Position numbers and translations under genes: made by a program
Notes under the pieces: generated by a model
What the model was told of the DNA's origin: nothing
The model's input: the letters and a program-made list of their open reading frames with translations, nothing else
The model's database searches: none
Source: Vitrella brassicaformis CCMP3155
Taxonomy: Eukaryota; Protista; Chromerida
DNA length: 64,000 nucleotides
Reading direction: 5' to 3'
Assembly (NCBI GenBank): GCA_001179505.1
Contig: CDMY01000255.1
Span: forward strand, 496,001 to 560,000
Shown: positions 12,526-23,641 of the stretch, in pieces
Layout of the letters: each line of letters opens with the position of its first letter
How positions within the stretch are numbered: position 1 is the first letter of the stretch

Positions 12526-13862
12526 CTAGATAGACCAGTCCTCACAGATGGTGCCAGGTTTCCACATGGCCCGTCTGGATCGGTACTTATCGGATAGCTG
12601 GTCCTCCTCCTTGAGGTCTCTGTGCTTCTTGGGCTCCTCCGGCATGACCAGGAAGTGCTTGGCGCGGCTGATGTCGAAACCCCAGATACGGTAGCCCTCA
12701 CTCTTGAGCTTCTCGAAACACTCCTTCTGCAATACACACACACCGATACATACATACACACACACACAGACAGACAGACAGACAGGCAGACAGGCAGAGT
12801 GAGGGAGAGGAAGGTCCTTCGTTGGATGGTTGGTTTGTTGTTTGACCGCACCCACCTTGCACTCCCAGTCGCTCCATCTGCACTCTCTGCATCTGTGCTT
12901 GGGGTAGGCCCAGAACCAGGGGGCCTCGCTGTGCCAGCTGTAGTCGGTCTTGCGCGCGTCGACGAACGGCTGGGGAGCCTTGGCGGGAATCGGAGGCTTG
13001 TGCATCTGATATATCGATCAACCAGTCAATCGATGGATTGGATCCATCCATCCATGGCAGGGCAGCCATGTCAGCCAGCCCAGCCACCGAGTGTGTGCGC
13101 GTAGGTAGGGTAGGGTAGGTACCATGTGTTGGATGGAGAGGATCCAGATGTAGAAGAGTATGGGGAGGTGGCAGGCGCCCATGCCGATCTGCAGCATGAA
13201 CCACTTGCGCTCGTACTCGGTCATCATGATCATCTTGTAACGCTCGTTCGGGTCCATGTCCAACAGCAAATACTTGCGACTGCACACCAGACCAACACAC
13301 CACAGCACAGCACAGCACAGCCAACACACACGCACATACAGGAGGGTGGGCGGATGGACGCGCTTCGCTTCCCTGTGACGCCTGTCTGTCTGTCTGTCTG
13401 TGCGCCTCTGGTCCCTCCCCTGCTGACCTGTTCCATCTGCTCCAGTAGCCCGAGACATCCAGCCAGCGATAGAACCACTCTGCCCACGTCTGCAAACACA
13501 ACACAACACACCCACAACACTTGCCTTTGCCTCCCCTGCCCTCTGCACGTGTCTGTGTGCCGTGCTGTGCTGTGCTGTGCTGTGCTGTCCTGTCCTGGCT
13601 GTCCCGCGTCCACGTGTCGTGTTGTGGCGTCCCTCCCTCCCTGTACCTCTCTCTCGAGCGTGGCAGATCCGCCGACGCTGTGCCCGCCGATGTGGGATGG
13701 CGGGTGGAGTCCCCAGGGGCTGATGCGGCCGGTGTTGTCCCAGTTGGTGAACCCGCTGCTGTTCCAGCCCGTCCACTTCTGCCCCGGCTTCGTCCACGCC
13801 ACAGGCACCTGACGAGCCACACGCGCCTGCAGCCCGCGGATGGCCGTGCGGAAGAAACTCAT
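12526..13862 (-). CDS. Mitochondrion-targeted single-TM protein, probably a cytochrome c oxidase subunit 6A-like protein of myzozoans
   Basis: Presequence MSFFRTAIRGLQARVARQ, one TM (KWFMLQIGMGACHLPILFYIWILSI), then H-K-PP...FVDARKTDYSW (resembles the COX6A R-K-x-FPW motif) and CRECRWSDWECKKECF. Five exons. Confidence 0.5.
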
Positions 13863-13974
13863 GATGGCTACTCCTCCAGCACACGGGAAGGGGAGGCCTA
13901 CAGCCCAAAAATTACCTGGCAGGATCGGGTGCGTGAAACGTGTCCACAGAGAGGGGGAAAGGAGCAGGAGAAAG

Positions 13975-14722
13975 ATGGGAACTCTCCTGGGGAGTGACAC
14001 GGCGTCGCTGGCGTTGTCTCAAGTGATGGCGATGGGCGCGTCTGTCGCTGTCGTCGTGGCCGCCTCGACATACATCCTGAGGCAGCGGCGAGCTGTCAAG
14101 GAGGAGAGAGAGACCCAGGCGGCCTCGGCAGACCCCCCCCCCAGTGAGTGTGGTGGCAAGAAGGTGGCTCTGCTGCTGGTTGACCACGGCTCGCGGCTCA
14201 AGGCTGCCAACGACATGATATTCGACGTGGCGCGGCTGGTGCAGGGGCAGCGGGATGACTTGATTGTGGATGCGGCGCACATGGAGATTGCAGAGCCCAA
14301 CATACCCGAGGTGGTTGACAAATGCGTCAAGGTGGGGGAGGGAGGCACACAGACCGGCCGACCGACAGGGTAACAGCTCACAAGTGTGTGTGTTGTGTGT
14401 TGTGTAGGCCGGTGCGGAGAAGATCATTGTGCATCCTTACATGCTGGCGCCTGGACGCCATGCGACGAAAGACATACCCAAAATGGTATGTAACCAATAC
14501 AGACACACGCACATGCTCTCACTGCTCAAGGCGCATCATTTCTGTGTGTCTGTCTGTCTGTCTGTGCTTCTTGTTCAGGTGATGGATGCCATGGCGTCTC
14601 ACCCGTCGGTCGAGTACGAGGTGACGAGCTGCCTCGGCATCCACGAGAAGATCGGACAGGTCGTCCTCGAGCGGGCGGGGCTGGTCGCTGGGGCAGTCGC
14701 TGGGGCAGTCGCTGGGGCATAG
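13975..14722 (+). CDS. cbiX: Class II chelatase, CbiX/SirB-like (sirohydrochlorin ferro/cobaltochelatase), with an N-terminal hydrophobic segment
   Basis: Exons 13975-14331, 14408-14485 and 14579-14722 give LLLVDHGSRLKAAND...AHMEIAEPNIPEVVDKCVKAGAEKIIVHPYMLAPGRHATKDIP...LGIHEKI. The HGS, HMEIAEP and PGRH motifs are typical of CbiX/SirB. Confidence 0.9.
14686..14719 (+). repeat. 12-bp coding tandem repeat (gtcgctggggca) x about 3, encoding VAGA repeats at the CbiX C-terminus
   Basis: ggtcgctggggcagtcgctggggcagtcgctggggca directly before the TAG. Confidence 0.8.
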
Positions 14723-15736
14723 ACTAGACTGACACAGACAGAGACAGAGACAGACACGGGCAGGGCAGAGGTTAACGGGCGTAAAGCTCATGTCATGTGT
14801 GTACAGTGTTGTGATGGCTCGAGAGTTTTTTCCGCGTGGTGGGTCTTGTCTGTCTGCACATGGCTGCCGCCCTCCCTGCCTGCCTGCCTGCCTGTCTATC
14901 ATAGGTGGGTGCCTGTCTGTGGATATGAGTGAGTCGAGGCGTTGAAGGCACTGTTGACGCGAACGGTCTGTCTGCATGAGTACGGTACGGTCTCGTGTTG
15001 CGTTGAGGCCCACCCTGCATCGTGTCGTTGTTCGACTGCGAGTTATGCGAGTGCCATGTCCGGACACCGCTGCACCGGTCTTCTTGCCACCAAAATGGCT
15101 AGAAGACCGATGAGGTAGTTGTTGGATACGACAGTGGCATGGCTCACGGTCACAAGCAACACACGATGGGGTGGCGTGCTGGGGGTGTGGTGTGATGTGA
15201 TGTGATGTGGTGTTCGCTCGGGTGACCGAGCCACATGCCTGCCTGGGTGTGTCGTGTCATGGGGGATTGGATTTTTGACTGACATGGGGGGTGGGTGACT
15301 CATGGAATGGACCTTGCCTGCATGTGCATGTGTCAACGGCCAGTTTTGTTCTGACATCGGCTGATGGGTGCAGTGCAGTGCAGGTGCACACGCCGACACT
15401 AGATATGTATGTCGATCGAGTCAGTTGGTCAGTCAGTCAGTCAGTCAGTCGGTCGTGCGGGCTGTCGATGTGCTCGATGTCCGAACTGGCACTTCACGGA
15501 CAAATAGACACATACACACATACACTAACCATCTCTCGCCTCTCCTCTGCAGCCACACCACACCACACCACACCACCAGCTATTGACACCGCCCGTCAGT
15601 CAGTCAGTCAGTCTCATGATTGATGACTCTCACCTCATCAATCACCACACAGCTTAAAAGCCCTCCTTCCCCGCTCTAGCTATCTACTCTCTCCTCTCAG
15701 CCATAGTGTACACACACGCCCCAGCTGACTGACTGA

Positions 15737-16893
15737 CTACAAGGTGACGCCCCCCTCCCCCGACCTCACCTGCAGCTCAGGCGGCGAGCTGCCGGGAGCC
15801 ACAGGATTGCCTGGCCCCCCTGGACCGGCCGGCATGGTCTGTGGGGCGTGCCATTGGGGTAGAAGGCTCTGCTGGAGGGCGGCGGGGCCCTGCCAACGGG
15901 GAGGGGGCTGCACGGTGACGTTCAGCAGGGGCTGGAACTCGTATGCCTGATGTGTGTGGGTGTGTGAGCCGGGACGCAGGTATACATGGGTGTGTGTCTT
16001 TGTGAGCGTTGTGGGTGTTGTGTGCAGTTGGTTGCTTACTTTGATGTAGTCGAGGATGGTGTAGTTGACGATGCACATCAACAGCACGGCGCACACAAAC
16101 ACCAAAGAAAACCCGGGAGAGAAACTGATAACCAACCACAGCAGGGGTGGGTGGGCGGGGCTGGCTCGTTCGGCGGTTGGTTCGTTGGTAGGGCAGCTTA
16201 CTGGATATTCGTTGCAATGCCGATAACGGGAGTGTTGTCGAGATGTGACTGCGCGGCGTGCACCACGATCAGCCACGTGACGACGATAGCCACCGAGAGC
16301 ACCCCCTCCAGAATGGTCACTAGCTTGGCCCACACAAACAGGTCCAAGGGGTGGTACGGCACATCCGCGATCGCATAGTAAGGCCGCGTGTCGAGCGTCG
16401 ACCACAGGGCCGAGAGAGGCGGCATGCCTCTCCTGGGCTCGACGGTGGGAGCGGGCGCCCCCCTCCACACCATGACGACAGCTGCGGACATCTTCTGGAT
16501 CAGCCGGAGGGCCGCCGCCCGGCATAAGATCTGTATGAGGATGAAGAGGATGGTGAAGGTGGCCACGACGCAGAAGGACCGGACGTATGTGCAGCTGTCG
16601 GACGAGGAGCCGAACGGCCCGAAGTTCTGTCCGCCGCCGCTGTCTGAGTCGTCCTGCTCGCCGCACAGCGACTGGCGGAGCTTGGCGAGGGAGATGGAGC
16701 GGCTCTGGCCCTCCACCTGCTTGTTAGAGTAGGGCGTGAAGAAGATCTGACAGACAGGCAGCACACACACGAGAGGGTGGTGTGGTGTTGCAGACTATGT
16801 GTGTGTCGTTATATTATTCACCTGTTTCGATCTGATGGAGAAGAGCCCGACGTCCACATGCACCTGGTTGAACGCCGTCCGGCCGCTGCCAGA
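15737..16893 (-). CDS. Multi-pass membrane protein with a Pro-rich C-terminus, hypothetical; further 5' exons possible
   Basis: Hydrophobic segments CVVATFTILFILIQILC, LVTILEGVLSVAIVVTWLIVV and AVLLMCIVNYTIL. Last exon AYEFQPLL...GGVTL*. GT-AG introns. Confidence 0.55.
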
Positions 16894-17991
16894 CATCCTG
16901 CACACACACACACATGGGCCGGCGCGCCTGATGAATGGGAGGAAACAAAGTGATTCGCTCACCATCCGTGGCTTAGGAGGCAGCATAGGAGCAGGGCGAT
17001 GGTCGTGAGGCTAAATATCTGCACACCGACGCACATAAGCACGGAGCACCAGCCGTCCATCCATCCATCCGGGTGCGGAGATCTGACTGCATTTGTCTTT
17101 CTTTCTTCATCGTACCGTCAGCAGGTTGCCCCATCTGTGTTGCACAGGCGGCGGATGGACGGCGGGAAGCGGCTCACCGTGCGGTCCGTACATTGATGAC
17201 TCACCAGATGATTCAACTCACTCAACAACGGTTATGGGATACTCATCTACGGCTATGACGCCACACTGGACGTAGTTCCAGAGCCTCTAACGAGTCGGTT
17301 GGTCAAGGCGTGGGCTCGCAGTCAGCAAGAATCGTTTACACGGGGGCGTATGGCTGATCTAGAGTCGGTATGGATTTGCACACGCAAAGACACAAGCAAT
17401 CGCAGAAACACATGCGCACCATACGGCATGGATGATAGCAGCACTCTGATATAAACCGAACAGCCCATCAAACGCAATCACACAAGCGACTATTACATGC
17501 CCTACCAAACCACCCAACAACCCAAGCCCGACCCATAACAACACGTCCCCAAATCAAGAGGCAGTCAGAAATAGCGGGAGGGCTCCCTGAACCGCTGCCG
17601 AAATAGCGAGAGGCGAATGTCGTACATATTCACATGTCCGCTGTCAACGAGCGACGACATTCTCTGGCATACACACACACACACGGCCAGCCGCAAAAGA
17701 AGGGCGACACTGCATGTGAGCATTTCACAGAAACCACACACTGTTGGAACCAGATTCTACATCCACCCGGGCAGAAGCCCACATAGACCTGTGACACTCC
17801 CCTGCACGCACACAGACATTCACATCCATGGCCACCCGCTAAAAATCTGACGACTTATGTGCGGGGATCGAATCGGAAGCGATTCGGGAACTCACGCACG
17901 AGTGAGCGCACCTTGGTCTCCTGCACAGCTGGTGGGTCTCTGGAGGGTCCGAATGCGTGTAGCTCGGCAGGGAAGACCAATCTGGGGGCGA

Positions 17992-18530
17992 GTGAGATGC
18001 GGAATGGGGTGGTCTGGACAGCGCTGCTGCTCCTCCTGCTGATGTGCGTGGCGGCGAGAGTGACGGAAGCCGGCCTGGGGCCGTCCTTCAGGTGCTCGGC
18101 AGAGCGGCCCTACACTGTTGTAGCCGCCGCTGCCCCGTCAGTGGCCCTGCCCATGACGTCGCTCTTCCCTCTCAACGGCGGCACGCCGCCCTTCACTTAC
18201 CGCTGGTCGGCTGTGATGGCGCGGCGGGAGGTGCGGGGCTGCATCATCTGCCACTGGCGGAGAGGCTGCTGGTGAAGGACAGCCATAGGAGGGAGAGAGC
18301 GACGCCGGAAGACGACTGCGGCAAAGGAGAGAGGTAGACAAGCTGGAGCGCTCGCGGAAACAGCTGCGGGACTTGAGGATCGAGCAAGAGCGAAAGCTTG
18401 CAAGAATGCGGTATCATGAAGGCAGACAGATTGCCGCGACCAATGAGATGCAGCAGAAGTTGCGTGAACTGGAAAGCAGCATTGCTCGATTGGAGAGGCA
18501 GATCGAAGACACAAGGAGACGGCCCTTTTA
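17992..18530 (+). pseudogene. Chimeric pseudogene: 5' exon of the 28454 secreted-protein gene fused to the 3' end of the 25805-26149 coiled-coil ORF
   Basis: 17992-18322 matches 28449-28841 (with a 66-nt and a 1-nt deletion, giving a frameshift and a stop at 18275). From about 18320 onward it matches 25938 onward (ggcaaa...gaggtagacaagctggagcgctcgcgg). Confidence 0.8.
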
Positions 18531-18721
18531 GATAGGGCGATTAGACTGTCGGCTTGTGGTCAGAAGACAAGAACTGAACAGTCGCATGTCTCTTCATATG
18601 TTGTGTCCTATTGTCTCTTCGTGCGTCATCAAAAGACTCTACTGCCCGCACATAAACTCTACTGCCATTCCTTTACGCACATTGGCCTTAATGTCTCTCT
18701 GTGCCGTGCCTCTCTGATCCT

Positions 18722-19369
18722 TTAGGCGATCTGGCCGCAGCCAGCGATGATGACCGGCCGTGCGGTGCGGCCGCCCTGACTGCTCTGGGCTTCCATCGCT
18801 TTCACCACATTGGCCCCGTCAAGTACCTGCATGACAGACACAGATGACGGTGAGCACAGTTGTCATGTGTGTACCTTGCCGAAGACGACGTGCTTGCCGT
18901 CGAGCCAGGGAGTGGACACCGTCGTGATGAAGAACTGACTTCCATTCGTGTTCGGACCTGCACACATGTACGACACGGGGTGTGTCGGTTCAGTCACGTA
19001 CGTCTCCGTTGAGCCGTGTGTGTCGGAATCTACCGGAATTGGCCATGGAGAGGAGGTACGGCTCGGTGTGCTTGAATGAGAAGTCCTCGTCAGCAAACTT
19101 CTCGCCGTAGATGCTCTCGCCACCAGTGCCGTTGCCGGCCGTGAAATCACCACCTGAGCAACACATACATACACATTCACACATTCACACCGAGCGTGGT
19201 GCATGCGTACATTCGTGCATATACCTTGGCACATGAACATGGGGATGATGCGGTGGAATGTGCAACCCCTACATGTCCACACACACATACACACACATAC
19301 ACACACACACACACACATTGATGCCTGTATCTGCTCTCGTGTCGTCTCACTTGTAGTGTAGGGGCTTGC
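18722..19369 (-). pseudogene. Cyclophilin (PPIase) copy 1, 5'-truncated
   Basis: Exons KPLHYK | [14 protein letters not shown] | [25 protein letters not shown]...LSMANS | [13 protein letters not shown]...[11 protein letters not shown] | VLDG...GCGQIA*. Homology to copy 2 stops at about 19369. Confidence 0.8.
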
Positions 19370-20070
19370 AAATCAAAAACAGCGAGAGGCGAAAATGGTC
19401 AAACACCATCGTACACAAATCGCCATCGTACACACGCGCCACCGGCGGCAGATCGCGAGAGTTCCTCTCGTATCTCTTTGCTCATCGATCGCCGGCAGAA
19501 TGGCTACGTGGTTGACGCGCGCGAGGCAGCCGCTCATCGATTGCGACAAGCGCTTCAAGGAGAAGGAGACAGAAGGGGGTGGATGGAACTATCCATAGAG
19601 GAGAGACACAGAGAACCATGACGCGAGAACGAAATCGGCTTGCCCTATCGTATGGTGAGGTAAAAATGATGGAGGCAGCGAAGTGAAGGCGTGAAGGCAC
19701 GAGGCAAACCCAATCAAACATCAGTAGCGTCACAGGGCATTAACAATAGGAGCGTTCACTGCAAGAGGGCCGATCCATGAGTCTCGTGTCGCTACATAAA
19801 GTACGTCCAGACTGCTGCAGGCTAGTGAAGAGACATCTTATGCAGCGATGCTCTTTGCACTTTTCTCCTCATGTGTATACGCGTGTCGTATCGTATCTAC
19901 AGCTGCTTGCCTCTGTCTCGCGTTTTGATTCATGTCATGACGCTTCATCGATAGAAGACTTAAGCTTGAGGGTTCCACACCACACTCCCTGTCCATTGAC
20001 CAGGATCAGCCGCTTACAAGCCGAGCCACATAACACTGCTCCCGAAAAGATTTATCGCCTCACTCTGGAT

Positions 20071-21608
20071 TCATGCTTTAACGGGTTGGTTCGTTGCTCT
20101 TGCTGGCGACGGGGGCCTTCTTCCTGTTCTTGCTGTTATCTCGCCTACCAAAAGAAATGGTACGCCTACAAAGTGTTTTGGGGGTTGCATAGGTGCATTA
20201 AGCGGAGACCTTGCATATTTCGATAAAGCACCATGACGGAGACAAAGTCTTCGAAAGAAACAGTATCTACATAAGTGATCCATCCATGCCACTTACTATG
20301 TATGGCCTTTGGTGTCTCTCACCTTGGTCAGCCGTTCTGTTTTTCTTGAACTCATTGATCAGGTATTGCAGCTATGGTCGATCTTGATGGCTGAGACGAA
20401 CAGTGGCGAGATGCAGAGTGAGCACACTAAGCCTTTCAATGTGCTCAGTCACTATCATTGCGGTCAGAAACTGTGCCAGAAGCTCTTCGAATGAAAGCAG
20501 CACACTCCTCGAAAGCCTGCTTGAACTCTGCAATTTGCGCATTCGTCAGCCTCCCAACGGTGGAGCCTGCCACGAAACGAAGCGGAAAAGCGTATGAGCG
20601 GAACTATAGGTTTTCTTTCACCTGGTGTGAATGCAAGGGTGCTCATGATCTGAAAAGGGAGACACAATCACACAATCTCACAATCTCACAGATTGCATAG
20701 GCCTGTTGTTGCCAATCACCTGCTGCCTGATGCCTTCTATGGAGAAGCCGTACTTCTGTGCAATGGCAGAGAGTTTTTCTTCAAAGTCTGCGAATGTGAT
20801 GCCTAGCGTCCCCTCTTCTGTTGATTCAGCGAATATCCGATTGACATCGCTTGAGCTCAGCCGAGGACGGTCACCGAGGACCTTAGCATCCTGATAGGGA
20901 AAATTGTCCCGTGTGCCGACAATTCATGCATTTGCTTACCGCGAGTAGTCTGACAAACGATTGACTATCCAGCCTGTCCTGACCATAGCTGTAGAAGATG
21001 AAGATGGAATAAAGAGACAGATCGATAGGAATGGGGTCCCTGTGAAAAGAAGGGTGTAGAGAAATGAATCGGCTGCAAGTCCTTTTTCCTCTCTTGTGCG
21101 ACTTACCTGTGCCCTTTTGTCCACCGGCCTGTATATGTCTCCCACCCAGAGTCATCATACAGGGTTCCTTCTCCATGATACACACCCTGATGCCACTGCC
21201 CTTCGTACTCAGCCATCCCTCCTGGCCGATACTTGATGCCTTCGCCGTGATACATCCCTTGCTGCCATTGCCCCTCGTACTCTTTCTGAACGCCGCCCCT
21301 GTGATATTTGGTGCCGTGTCCATGGTATTCGTCAGCCTCCCACTCTCCGTAGTATTCCATCGCGCCGCTGCGGAGGAATGATTTGCCGACGCCGTCTCGT
21401 TTGCCGTCTTTCCACCAGCCCGTGTACTCCATCTTGGAGGGGTCGTCATCGAAGAACTTGGTGCCCTCGCCGTGGAACTTGCCGGCCCGCCAGGAGCCCT
21501 CATAGAGCAGGGCGCCGTCGCCCATATTCTTTAGCACTCCCAGGCCATCTGGGAAGCCGTTGCTATCGAGCTCACCCTCGTACTTGCCTGCCTTACCCCC
21601 AGTTGGCT
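20071..21608 (-). CDS. MORN-repeat + p25alpha/TPPP-like + EF-hand-like protein (5' part lost in a gap)
   Basis: MORN exon (YEGELDSNG...YTGRWTKGH) with donor at 21106. Exons 20940-21039 and 20690-20890 give SIFIFYSYGQDRLDSQSFVRLLADAKVLGDRPRLSSSDVNRIFAES...ITFADFEEKLSAIAQKYG (p25alpha-like). Then LTNAQIAEFKQAF and LQYLINEFKKNRTADQDTVSFEDFVSVM (calmodulin-like). One internal junction is unresolved. Confidence 0.7.
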
Positions 21609-21908
21609 NNNNNNNNNNNNNNNNNNNNNNNNNNNNNNNNNNNNNNNNNNNNNNNNNNNNNNNNNNNNNNNNNNNNNNNNNNNNNNNNNNNNNNNNNNNN
21701 NNNNNNNNNNNNNNNNNNNNNNNNNNNNNNNNNNNNNNNNNNNNNNNNNNNNNNNNNNNNNNNNNNNNNNNNNNNNNNNNNNNNNNNNNNNNNNNNNNNN
21801 NNNNNNNNNNNNNNNNNNNNNNNNNNNNNNNNNNNNNNNNNNNNNNNNNNNNNNNNNNNNNNNNNNNNNNNNNNNNNNNNNNNNNNNNNNNNNNNNNNNN
21901 NNNNNNNN

Positions 21909-22415
21909 CCTGACTGCTCTGGGCTTCCATCGCTTTCACCACATTGGCCCCGTCAAGTACCTGCATGACAGACACAGATGACGGTGAGCACAGTTGTCAT
22001 GTGTGTACCTTGCCGAAGACGACGTGCTTGCCGTCGAGCCAGGGAGTGGACACCGTCGTGATGAAGAACTGACTTCCATTCGTGTTCGGACCTGCACACA
22101 TGTACGACACGGGGTGTGTCGGTTCAGTCACGTACGTCTCCGTTGAGCCGTGTGTGTCGGAATCCACCGGAATTGGCCATGGAGAGGAGGTACGGCTCGG
22201 TGTGCTTGAATGAGAAGTCCTCGTCAGCAAACTTGTCGCCGTAGATGCTCTCGCCACCAGTGCCGTTGCCGGCTGTGATATCACCACCTGAACACAAATG
22301 AAGGATTACACATACACACACATTCACACCGAGCGTGGGTGCATGCATAGATTCGTGCATACCTTGACACATGAACATGGGGATGATGCGGTGGAATGTG
22401 CAACCCCTACATGTC

Positions 22416-22446
<31 letters not shown>

Positions 22447-23641
22447 ACACATACACACACACACACACACATTGATGCCTGTATCTGCTCTCGTGTCGTC
22501 TCACTTGTAGTGTAGGGGTTTGCCTTTGCTGCTTCTCTCGCCCGTGCACAACGCACGGAAATTCTCGGCAGTTATGGGCACCTTGTGGGCAAACAACTGC
22601 AGCACATTCCAGACACGACGACGCGCATATGAGCACGTCTTCCAAGCCGCCTCAATGCGTGACAGCATGGAAATCCCGTTCTCTCTCTCACGCGCCGTAC
22701 ACGCATATGCTGACCTCGAATGTGATACGTCCTGCGGGCGCGCCGCCAATGCTGATGTCGAAGAACACCTGGGGATTGTTTTCTTTGCCCGTGTTCGTTT
22801 GATGAGAGGTTTGTTCGTATGGTTGTGATTGCTGCCGCTGCCGCTGCTGCTGCTGCTGAGTTGCCATCGTGGCGGTTCTGACCGCAACAAAATGAGTCCA
22901 ATACACATGAAGCTTTCAATCTCGGCTGACCTATGCCCATTGGTCCATGGGCCTCTATGTGTCCCTCGCCCAGAGGCATTGTACATAATGCCTTCGCCGT
23001 GATACATCCCTTGCTGCCATTGCCCCTCGTACTCTTTCTGAACGCCGCCCCCTGTGATATTTGGTGCCGTGTCCATGGTATTCGTCAGCCTCCCACTCTC
23101 CGTAGTATTCCATCGCGCCGCTGCGGAGGAATGATTTGCCGACGCCGTCTCGTTTGCCGTCTTTCCACCAGCCCGTGTACTCCATCTTGGAGGGGTCGTC
23201 ATCGAAGAATTTAGTGCCCAAGCCGTGGAACTTGCCCGCCTGCCAGGAGCCTTCGTAGAGCAGAGCGCCGTCGCCCATATTCTTGAGCACACCCAGGCCA
23301 TCTGGGAAGCCGTTGCTGTCGAGCTCACCCTCGTACTTGCCTGCCTTACCCCCAGTTGGCTTGTACATCTTGGTGTGAATGCCAGAAGAAGGGGCCGAGC
23401 CGCCAGCGCGGAGCTGCTGAATCTCCTTGCGGAGCCGCTCTCTTTCCTCTCTCAGGCCCTCCAATCGTCCTTTGAGCAGCCCCACTTGTTCGCTGAGCTG
23501 CGCAATCTGGTCCTCCCGCCGCAAATCAGTCAGGGCGGATGATGCCGTCGGTGAGAGGGCCTCGGGATAGTCGGGATTGTCGGGCTGTTCTGACATGCCT
23601 GCAGCAAGTGCATAGTACATACATCGTTCGCCTGGAGTCAT
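21909..23641 (-). CDS. Coiled-coil + MORN-repeat exon spliced in frame to a complete cyclophilin (MORN-cyclophilin fusion); carries a +1 homopolymer frameshift
   Basis: The MORN exon ends ...WTNGH-AG at 22931. A GT...AG intron at 22878-22930 (53 nt) is followed by [10 protein letters not shown]...[21 protein letters not shown] | [20 protein letters not shown]...KPLHYK | [17 protein letters not shown]... to the gap. C5 at 23048-23052 versus C4 in the other copies shifts the frame. The cyclophilin could also start from its own ATG at 22867. Confidence 0.65.

Noticed and set aside
17359-17544. Small hydrophobic ORF as an independent peptide gene
   Set aside because: It has a GTG start and low-complexity composition; it may be an upstream exon of the 15.7-16.9 kb gene or non-coding.
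19370-20070. Transposon insertion explaining the cyclophilin truncation
   Set aside because: No terminal inverted repeats, target-site duplication, poly(A) tail or transposase/RT-like ORF is visible.
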